From NCBI RefSeq assembly GCF_964194025.1, contig NC_134468.1, forward strand, positions 4,712,001 through 4,776,000: a stretch of DNA of 64,000 nucleotides, written 5' to 3'. The notes below the pieces were generated by a model. The model was given only the letters and a program-made list of their open reading frames with translations. It had not been told where the DNA came from and did not search any database. Made by a program: the position numbers and the translations under genes. Source of the stretch: Convolutriloba macropyga. Lineage: Eukaryota. This document shows, one piece after another, positions 40,180 through 50,300 of the stretch (positions are counted from its first letter, which is position 1; each line of letters opens with the position of its first letter).

Positions 40180-42349
40180 TAAGGAACAGTACACTTCTGA
40201 GTCTGAAGAAAGAAGTGTATAAACAAACGATGATGATGATGATAATATAAAAAAAAACTTTTACTTTTTTATCATTGAATATCTGTTAAAAACCATATTA
40301 TTTATAATAACTATTTAAAAAATAGCAACCATTGCTCATAAAATTTGGCGTCTTATTTATCATTTGGGCCCTGCACGAAGTCATATTCGTTGGTGCACTT
40401 AAACCAGTGTTTATATTATTTTACTGTTAACGCTGGCTGCTAGTGCTAAGGAAGAAAAATATATAACAAATTGCGTTTAGCATGTTACTTTTTTGGTTAA
40501 ATCAAGTTATGATCTCATCATTGTCATATTCTTTTAAGCCTATTGTGATCTTAGAGTTTTCCAGCTCTGTGATATAACTCTTTTGGTATATTTCAGATAA
40601 ATCATTAGAATAGTAAAAGAAGCTCTAGTTAATACACCCGAGTAATAAGAACTCATAATGACTTCGTGTCAAAATAAGTAATACAATTCTCTCTTCACAT
40701 TTTATCCTCATTGTTGTGAAGACTGTATTTATTCAAGTTTTTGACGTGTGGAGTAAATTCAATTTGATAACATGTCGTTTTTTTTTTTAATTTGTTTTGC
40801 CTATGCAAACAGTAATGAAATATGCAACTTTTAATCGAATCTACAAAACAGTTTCTAAAAATCAGTCAATCGATGTTAGTTGCAATGACAATTAAAAATT
40901 TTATCTACTGTCTTAGTACATTTCAACCATGATGGTTCTATGTAACCAGACCAGATTTGTGTAAAATTTTAAAGAAAACGAAGCAAGCGGTCACTTGAAG
41001 GTCATTTGAAGTTTTTAATAGAAACAGACATTTACAAATCATTTTGGAACGTGGTCCTCGAATCGTGATTAAGGTGTTAGCGGACAAAAAGTTGCAGCCA
41101 CAGGAAATGACAAATCCAAGTTTATTTTTATGCAAAAACACAAAATTGAACGGTTAGGGAACTCCAAATTTTTTATGGTATCAAATCAGTATCAATGGTT
41201 TTGTCTATTTCCGAATCAAAATAAAAAAACAAAAAAATCATTTATATCCCAGTGAATCGAAACTAGACACTTTTTCAAGTAACATGACAAACACGACAAT
41301 TTTTGTCAATTTCATGACATGGCACTCGCAATGATAACATAACGATTCGTAAGGTCATCGCATGGGCGTTGAGAAACAAGATCTTAGCAAGATAACCAGG
41401 AAAAATTAACCATCACATGACAAAGCATACTAAACTGTAAAAACTATTAAGCACTTTTAAACATGATTTAGCTCAAATTCATAAGATTAAGCAGGAATTA
41501 TCACAAATTAACAAAAATTGTCGGAAAGTTCAGCTGTTATTAGTTTATTAAACGAAAATTTAGCCTACTTTTTCTACTGGAGTGAAATTTGTAAGTGGAT
41601 GCAAACTCGGTTTGTGCATAACGTAAAACTTATACAGGACTGCCACTGGAAAGGTTAGAATTGAAACAACATGATATGAAAATGAAGGAAGAAGAAGTGA
41701 AGTTTTCAGCACACTAAAAGATATCTTCCGGGCTCTATTTTCGGGTTATATGATTATGAAAACATTTTATGATTTAAATCTACAAAACTGCGAGTGATCA
41801 GCTTTTCTATCACTTTGTACTTTGAGTACATGGGAGATTTTTTGTCTTTTCTTGGGACGAGGTACATCGAACAGCAATTGCAAATCGTAAAAACTGATAT
41901 CAAGAAATGTCAAGATTTTGTAAAGAGCTGTCAAGAAGTTTCTTGCTTTACAAAGCCTATCAAAATTTACCATGAAATGTTGGTATTTCGCTTTCTTGGT
42001 GAGATTTTTCAAATTTTGCAAGAGATTTCAACTTTATGCATGTCTTAGCAAATTGTTTATAGTTTCAATTAACTGGAATGTTTGAGGTATGCTGTAAAAA
42101 GGTGAAACTGGTTTCCAGCTGAGCTTTTAACTTAGATTAACAGTAAAGGCAAAACACACGAAAACTTTTTTTCTCCAACGCGAAGTAAAACCAACAAAAA
42201 CAAAAACACTGTATTTTGGGGCTGTCCACGTTTGTGTCTAACAGAACCGACTCTAAAGTCATTTTCTTTTAAGTTTAATATTTTTGATACTTATGGTCTT
42301 ATTAAACCATAAAATTATGAAAACCAAAAATTTATTAAACCAAAGAGAA

Positions 42350-42527
42350 CTGACAAATTTATGTCAATATGACGCATCAGCTCTTATCCGATAATGCATG
42401 GCCTGATTAGGAATTCGAAAGACACTTTGTCAAGTCTTAAAACTTGACAAAGTGTCTTTCGAATTCCTAATCAGGCAATGCATTATCAGATAAGAGCTGA
42501 TACTTCATACTGACATAAATTTGTCAG
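42350..42527. repeat. 178-bp near-perfect palindrome (fold-back element)
   Basis: 86-bp arms (42350-42435 and 42442-42527) with 5 mismatches, centred on cTTAAa. Confidence 0.95.
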
Positions 42528-42608
42528 ATCTTACACGGTGCAAAACTCAGGATCTCAATAATCTCATTGCGGTTTTTCAGTGAGAGTGTAATTGTTTGTT
42601 CATTTCAG

Positions 42609-42837
42609 CCTGCGTGTAAAGGTTGTCTTCACGTGCAGTGTGTGTGTGCTGACATGTCTGGTGTTTCTTCTCAAGTACCAGACTATGACAGCCCGGACTA
42701 GGGGGGAGGAGTGGTGTGTGGTGAAGTATCCAGTGATGCGAGAATGGCAAAGTGACTTGATTGACGTCACTCTCTTTATCATCCCAATTGCTATACAGAT
42801 AGTTATGTACAGCTACATGTTCTGCAGAGCTCAAAAG
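42609..42837 (+). CDS. GPCR coding exon 2 (TM4, ECL2, TM5)
   Basis: Acceptor ttcatttcag|C completes the phase-2 codon AG+C (Ser). Reads LRVKVVFTCSVCVLTCLVFLL (TM4), EEWCVV (ECL2 Cys), LFIIPIAIQIVMYSYMF (TM5 F..P.......Y), RAQK. Donor AAG|GTCAGT, phase 0. Confidence 0.88.
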
Positions 42838-43019
42838 GTCAGTCATCTCATGATAGCCCAAATTTGGACAGATGTTCTGTAAAAGTTTAGATTTTTCCGT
42901 TTGTCCAAAACTGTGATAAAATAATATAGAGCGAATTATATATTTGTAATGATAATTTTTTCCCTTGTTGCAAAGAGCTTGAGTAAATAAAAACTTTCAT
43001 TATTTATAAAGAGTCGGGT

Positions 43020-44826
43020 TATTGGTTTCTACTATTCCCGTCTTTTTGGAGGACCGGGAAACAAAATTTAATTCAAATTGAGCTAATTTTCGAGAAAAAA
43101 TGAAATATAATTTTGGGTCGAGAAAAGTAGAGGGTTCATCACATTACCAGTTAATTGTTAAAGATTGCTTTGAAAAAAATTTTGAGACCGATTAAGAATA
43201 AGAAACTTGGTCGTAGATTGCATTTTTTCATTTCTTTGTAGAATTTTTGAGTGTCTTATCATTTCTCATTTGCATTCTACAATATCTTATAAGTTAGAAT
43301 CTGTATCGTGTAAGAATTGATTAGTTTGATTTTTATAGTGTAGGATCTAACAGTGTCCTAAATAGTATTCATCAGGCAAATCAATTTCTGACAATAGTTG
43401 ATACGACAGTTTCGTCAAAATTTTCAGATCTACAACATAATTATTCCAGTAATTAGTGAATTAGGTTGATCTGCACGTGTAGTGTGTATGTGCATATANN
43501 NNNNNNNNNNNNNNNNNNNNNNNNNNNNNNNNNNNNNNNNNNNNNNNNNNNNNNNNNNNNNNNNNNNNNNNNNNNNNNNNNNNNNNNNNNNNNNNNNNNN
43601 NNNNNNNNNNNNNNNNNNNNNNNNNNNNNNNNNNNNNNNNNNNNNNNNNNNNNNNNNNNNNNNNNNNNNNNNNNNNNNNNNNNNNNNNNNNNNNNNNNNN
43701 NNNNNNNNNNNNNNNNNNNNNNNNNNNNNNNNNNNNNNNNNNNNNNNNNNNNNNNNNNNNNNNNNNNNNNNNNNNNNNNNNNNNNNNNNNNNNNNNNNNN
43801 NNNNNNNNNNNNNNNNNNNNNNNNNNNNNNNNNNNNNNNNNNNNNNNNNNNNNNNNGTCTCTGTGCGTGTGTGTCTGTGTGTGTCTGTGTTTGTGTGTCT
43901 GTAAACAGTCTAAACATCTTGTTATTCTTTTTCTTTCGTGTAAGTTCAAAGGTATAGAAGCCAAGCAAATTTTTTTGTTCCCGATAATGTTTTGGTGTGC
44001 AATGTTATTTATTTTTTACCCGAAGCGCTAACATAGTCAGAACCCAAAGCAAAAAAACAAAAACGTAATTGGAAGTAAGGTGGGTTGGCTTCTTAGTAAT
44101 GAAAATTTGAGACACGTTCATTTGCATTTTGTTTTAAAAACCGTATCTAGAGAAATCAAATGTAAAGATAAAGTACGAGCAGAAATCAAAATTTGGTTGA
44201 TTCGACGCTGTGGTTATCATTCTTATCTTCTTTGACCATTTTGTGTGACCTGTTTCGAGTGATTGAAATTGTTTTTGGTTTCTACTATTCCCAACTTTCT
44301 GGAGGACCGTTATACTGTCAAAAACAAGAAAATTGCTCAAAGAAGACAAAAATAGCGCAAATTGTTTCATCCAGATGAGTTTTGTTAGGATTAAAGAAAC
44401 TAAATTTAATTCAAATTGAGCTAATTTTCGAGAAAAAAAATGATCTATAATTTTGGGCTGAGGACAGTAGAGGTTTCATCACATACCAGTTATTTGTTTA
44501 AGATTGCTTTGAAAAAATCTTCAGAGCAATTAAGAATAAGAAACTTGATCGTAGATTGCATTTTTTTATTCATTTGAAGAGTTTTTGAGTTTCTTCCCTA
44601 ATCATTTCTCATTTACATCCTGCACTATCTTATAAGTTAGAATCTATATCGTGTAAGAATTGATTAGTTTGATTTTTATAGTGTAAGATCTGACAGTGTT
44701 CTAAACAGTATTCATCAGGCAAATATTTATCTAACAATAGTTGATACGACAGTTCTGTCAAAACTTTCAGATCTACTACATAAGTAATCCGGAATCACTG
44801 GTGGTTTTCAATTAGTGAATTTGGTT
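43020..44826. repeat. Duplicated ~450-550-bp block (43020-43467 and 44275-44826), each followed by a gap and GT-rich low-complexity DNA
   Basis: Shared TTGGTTTCTACTATTCCC, AAATTTAATTCAAATTGAGCTAATTTTCGAGAAAAAA, GATACGACAGTT. Confidence 0.9.
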
Positions 44827-44960
44827 NNNNNNNNNNNNNNNNNNNNNNNNNNNNNNNNNNNNNNNNNNNNNNNNNNNNNNNNNNNNNNNNNNNNNNNNNN
44901 NNNNNNNNNNNNNNNNNNNNNNNNNNNNNNNNNNNNNNNNNNNNNNNNNNNNNNNNNNNN

Positions 44961-45255
44961 GTTTGTTTGTGTGGTTGTTTGTGTGTGTATGTCTGCGTGT
45001 GTTTGTGTTTGTGTGTCTGGGTGTGTTCGTCTTATTGTGTCTTTGTTTGTCTCTCTCTCTCTCTCTTTTCCTGTGTTTGTGTGAGTCTGTTAACGTGTCT
45101 GTATTTGTGTGTCTGGTTGTGTGTATTTGTCTGTGTGTGTGTGTGTGTTTGTGTCAGTGGATGTGTATGTGTTTATCTTTGTTTGTGTATCTGTGTGTGT
45201 TGTGTTTTTCCGTGTGTCTGTGTGTGTCTGTGTTTGTGTGTCTGGGTGTGTGTGG
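44961..45255. repeat. Degenerate (GT)n / GTGTCT low-complexity tract
   Basis: Visible directly; it produces the spurious Cys/Val-rich ORFs in the track. Confidence 0.95.
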
Positions 45256-46374
45256 ATTTTCAGTTTGTTTTCCTGACTAATATTTTTTTGTCTTACCCAA
45301 ATCGTGTTCACCGAAGTATAAATCGTGAATATTTTGGAATCACAAACATATTTGTTTGGTTATTCAATAAAATGTACCGCCATCCTATAAAATTTCACTC
45401 TGATGATGTTGACCCAGACTTCGATGATGTTTCCGAGATTTTTCGATATTGCTCTGAGCTCCTATTTTTTCGATAATAGTACCCTGCAAATATATTAACA
45501 TTTGAACCGTGGAAAATGTTTTGAAAGATAGCAGAGAGCGCATGATTGAGATCAGATTAGACCTCGCATATATCTGAGTTTTGTTGGTCAATTTGTTGAA
45601 GAGTAATGTGTAATAGATTGCAATCAAGCTCCTGAACTTTTCTTCTCTAAATGCCAGACACTTCTTAATTGATTTAAGCTGTAGCCAATTGAAAACTTTT
45701 GTTACTGAGTGGTGAAATCGCGTCACCAGTTATCCAGTAACCAACCGAATCAAATAATGTTATTAAATTTTACAAATTTTCTGTCTGCTTATAGAAAAAT
45801 AAAACCAAATTGTAAACTAGCTGAAGCTCTATGTGAATGCTTTTAATAAAGAGTGTAATTGATAAATTGTTTCTTCAAAACTGACACTTAGAAGGAAGAT
45901 AACAATTAACAATAACCAGACAAAAGAATGAAATATTCTCTTGACAGTTTCAAGCCTTTTTTCTATGAATACGATTTTCTCACAGTATTATAAAAACAAC
46001 AGCTGCTGATACCCTAGAAAAGTAACAATTTCCGAAGTCTACAAAAACTTAAGCGCGATGACGAAATTAAGTGGTACATGCCGACACGCTACCAAAATTC
46101 TTGAGTGTTCGAATTTTTCGCTTAAAAATTGTTGAAATTTTGTACCTGGGATCAAATTGGTCCGAATTGAAATAGACATCGGTTTCGGTAGGGGATATTT
46201 TGATATGAAAAAATTAAAATAAAATTTGAGTCATTGAAATTTTTGGTCGATTCTCTGATGTCCTTGAAAGTGGTCGAAAACACTACCTTAAAAAATTACA
46301 AAACTTGATACGGCCTTATACGGCGCTGTACTAAGTTTTGTAATTTATAAGAGGTGTGAAAAGTTATACCCAGT

Positions 46375-47392
46375 GCCAGGTGGACATAGAAGCTCAATGC
46401 TGAGGCGAAAATCTTGTGGGGAGGGTTAGTAACCCAGGGTGTAGACGTGATGCGTAACCTCCACGTGGTGCCCCCGGGTAACTTCCGCTGGCTCAGTTAG
46501 TGGAAGTTAGCTAAGCGATAGTCTGAGGATTGTGCCCTACGCAAGCCACTTCGTACTCAAAACAAATGTTCTGTGAATTCCTTGTCAGTCCGATACTCAT
46601 CAGTGCAGGCATGAGCCTGAGTTGAAGGAGTTGAGGCAGAGCTTGGAATAGCGCCCTTGACAGAAGGGAGCAAAAGTGGTTGTTGGCGTGACCCTGTGAA
46701 CAAAAGTGGCTCTTGTAGTCATGCCCCGCCGACTTCAACTTTTGGAAATGTCTCCAATGAGCGAAAGATGGTCAAAGTTAACTGATTCGAAAGTCAACAA
46801 AGTAACGAAAGTGATGTCGAGACTAGTAGATGACGTTCTGATCGTTTTGTAGTGAATTGGCTAGACTCCAATTAAAGTCTCTTGAGAACTCTAACCGACC
46901 AGAAACCCTTCTTAGTAGGCAACGAACGCAGGGCTAGTATGGTTGAGATGTGAGGGAGCTTGAGATGAGTGCTACACTGTATTCACTGAAAGCTTATTAG
47001 TAGTGGAAGAGAAAACTGTGTGTGATCCCTGCGCACAATTAGTATCTGAAATGAAAGTCTTTTAGTAGGAAATACTGTATATGGTCCAGACAAGATAGAT
47101 GTAGTGGTAGTCACAGATGACATCACAGAGTAGTGTTGCAACTGTGATCGCAGAGCTAAAAAATAAAGAGTGACTACACTACATGTTTGGTCCAGACAAC
47201 ACATGCTCTGCTTTGTCCAGAAAGGTGGTTTTAAGGAGACTTGAGGCTCACGGGACTCGACTCCTCAGAGAGCTGGACCCCAGATGCTCTTAGCACCGAT
47301 GCTCTGGTCTTCATGACTTGGAATTCATTCCTCTAAAGGTCTGATGACTAAATACGTGAGGCTTCTGTCAAAAGGGAGGTGCACCACCCAGT
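46375..47392 (+). mobile_element. ~1-kb GC-richer insert, probable decayed 5' portion of an R2/RLE-type non-LTR retroelement
   Basis: GC content rises sharply relative to the flanks. HDV-like ribozyme near the 5' end; broken C-X2-C-X12-H-X5-H finger at 47134-47202; ACCCAGT repeated at 46368-74 and 47386-92. No RT motifs seen. Confidence 0.5.
46418..46524 (+). ncRNA. HDV-like self-cleaving ribozyme (core intact, P1/P2 imperfect)
   Basis: P3/L3 ACC-TCCACGT-GGT (46457-69), P1' GCCCCC, P1.1 GG, 14-bp P4 (46479-92 with 46496-509), J4/2 GCTAA with the catalytic-position C at 46511. Element order and sequence match HDV- and R2-type ribozymes. Confidence 0.7.
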
Positions 47393-50300
47393 AACAAAAA
47401 GCGATGAAAAAGTGACTTGAATCAGATACGTGCTATATTTAAACCGTTTTTAGGAAGTTGGACTAGAAATTAGTAATTACATCATTTGGCTACAATGCCG
47501 TAGAAATCTTATTACGGCCCTAAACATCGCCGTACAAAGTTCTGTAATTTTTCAACGGCATCGTATAAGTCTTGGTAGGTTTTCAAAGTTTCGTCTAAGG
47601 TGGGCAGCCTGGGTATGCACTAATGTTGAATTGATGTTCAAAACTTTGAATTCTTTCACATTTTCCAAAAAAAAAGCAATTGACCTCAATATGATTAATA
47701 AGGTATCACACAAATCCTTGTTTGGGTAACGTGAAGGCTTGTTAAATGTAGCTTTTCTGTTGCAGTGAACAAACAAAAATCCCACTCAACTTTATCCAGC
47801 TTTCTTTTTCAGGCTAAAGTTCAATTGGCATTTTTGTGCTACCTTTTCAAATGCCAACATGGTGACAAAGGCTTTCTAATTGAATTAAGTCCTTCTTTTC
47901 CGTACCTGTTTTCATTCATTAATCAACGAGAATGAAACATGAAATAAAGGGTAAAGACTTTTTGGACGTTTTTCAATCTATAAAAGTGGGCAAATAGAAG
48001 GGATGTTAAATTAGATCCCTCAATTTTCAAAGGCAAAAGTACAGTTTTAAATTGAGCATGAACATAAAGTTTTAAGGTTGAAAATACAACCAAAGGCAAA
48101 TTGTGAATGAGATAAACTTGACATTGCTTTGAAATAGAATTTCAATCTGTTTAAAATACTGAACTTAACTAGAATGATGACGCAATTGAAAAAAAGGAAA
48201 CTAGAAAAATTGACTCCAAATTGTTATGAATTTTGAAGCAATTGACAACACTAATTTGAAGCTCTATGTTCTAAATGGAATTAATTCCAGAATATTCATC
48301 CATTTTCATATAATTCATTCTCATTAGACCCCTCTTGATAAATAGCACATGGAAAAGCTTAAGTTGTCTTATTAATTAAAAGTTGGATCTTTTTAGTTTT
48401 TCAACAACATCATGCAAAAGTTCAAATGTTTCCCTTTTTTAAAGTAGCAAATTTTCAAACGGGGTTTTCAAAGTGACAATACAAACTCAAAATGAATTGA
48501 GATGAACAAAGATAATGTGAGTGTTTTGTACATATTCTAATTCAGTTCTTTCGATAACAATAAGTTTTTGTTAAATTTATGTTAAACGTAATACAATTTT
48601 TTTTAAGACGATGAAATTTATTTGCTACTACCCAGGCAATATACTTTTAGAATAAATTCATCGATTCCTTCTGCTATTGTCACAAAAAGAGGCTTTATCA
48701 ATTTTACAATCTAGGTTAAAGTTTTCACAAAAATGCGGTGTCAATGAGTTCTTAGATTATGTTTTTTTAATACACTTGAGATAATCCAAAATTTGATACT
48801 TTTTGAAAAATATCTGTAGTGTAGCTACATGATGTCTTTTAAAAAAAGTAAGCGAGTGGCAAATATCTCTGGGCCACCCGCGCAGTTCATTTCAGATTTT
48901 TAGTAAAAACTTCTACCATTTGTTCTTTTATAGTTATTACTCTTGGTGATTAAATTCTTTCAAGATATAGTTTAGCATTTAAACGGTATTTTCAATTCCT
49001 TCAAGAGATAAAGCTTCACTGTCAAAAATTTGTTCAAAATAAGAATTGCAATGTGAGAAGAATTTTATTAAAAGGTTTCTCATCATCAATAAAAATGTAG
49101 ATCTTAATATTTGTGCTAGCTACTATTTTCAGAGATATTTTTATGTTTTCGTCCGTTAAATGAAGAAAGGATTGCTTTAAAACATTGAACAAATTTTGAC
49201 ACCTCAAATTGTTTTCTTTGTTTTTAAATTTTGATCACAGTATTTTGTACCATTGCAGCAAAATCAAAAGAAATGACACTCGAAGCTTATTCATTCAATT
49301 TTTTAACATAAGAACTTCTATTCTGTATTCTCTGGGAAAATATTTTTGATATTATATACGTAATTTTTGATTTCTGATTTTCTTGAACCAGAAAATGTTA
49401 TTTTTTGGTGCCTTTTGTATCAGGTATCTCTTCTGTTGAATAATGTTACCTCTGATCAGTGAATCTAGTGCTTTGATCTGGGTTAGGGTAAGAAAACAAC
49501 GCATTGCGAGATGAAGTTCATAGAAGTGGTAGTTTTGGATAAGATTATTTTTTTTATTATAGTACCTCCATTTGATTGTTCGTTTACGAAATCAGATATC
49601 TTTTTACTATAATTCTCCCATTTTTTTGAAAAAAGGTTTTAACTTAGCATCAATGAGTAGGTTTTTCTCTTAAGCATTCACAAAGTTTGATTTGGAATTG
49701 GAACAATTAAAAACAAAAATGCAAAAAATGTTTGGATTGATGCAGCATCAGCATTTTTTCTTAACAAGTATATAGTTTTTGATTGAAGAAGTCACTATTG
49801 TTATGACAATTCTAAAACTGTGGATCTGTTTTAGGAAAAAATGAAATATTTGTGGTAACTCTAGTCGCATTGTCTGTATTTGTGACTTCAAGAGAATAAG
49901 GCTTTTTGTTAAAAAACTTTCCTTTTTATCGTCCTCTTGCGTTTCAATATACTTTTACTCTACTGAAATCAATTCAATAGATAAAAGTTCTGAGCTGGCA
50001 TATTTTGATTTAACGTGTTTCAAGTGTAGTCAAAATTTTTAAAAATGCTACCAGCAAAAGTTTTAATAGTATTGAACAGATTGAGTGAGGAGCAATGTAC
50101 ATTAAAAGGTTTCAAGTAAAAATGAAATTGACAAATCAAATAAAAATCAATGAAATTATTTCATTCGAATGTTAAAATTTCGTGCATTTTGTCTATGTTT
50201 CACAGAAGACATGTATGTTTTTCCGAATCTCTTTAAATTTGATTTTCAGTTAGTCCGAAAAAAATACATCAAATTGATAGGGATTTTATTCTGTAGTTTT

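Larger units (their letters stand above)
36076..40243 (+). mobile_element. Full-length, inactivated CR1/L2-group non-LTR retrotransposon (LINE) in GPCR intron 1
   Basis: 5' UTR, ORF1, APE-RT ORF2, 3' stem-loop and (GAT)5 tail at 40229-40243. Flanked by AATAT at 36071-75 and 40244-48. Boundaries are confirmed by the uninterrupted paralogous site at ~34100-34125. Confidence 0.93.
33778..40632. repeat. ~756-bp tandem duplication; second copy split by a ~1.2-kb insert and the LINE
   Basis: Copy 1 spans 33778-34533. Copy 2 pieces are 34534-34638, 35843-36075 and 40244-40632. Confidence 0.9.

Noticed and set aside
44963-45476. Cys/Val-rich ORFs (up to 169 aa)
   Set aside because: Translations of GT-repeat low-complexity DNA.
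46422-46429. CTAACCCT on the - strand, resembling a telomerase RNA template
   Set aside because: Only an 8-mer, with no downstream pseudoknot; better explained as part of the + strand ribozyme region.
47813-47880. Strong pyrimidine-AG acceptor as a possible GPCR exon 3
   Set aside because: No convincing donor and an unconvincing peptide; 57801-57953 fits better.
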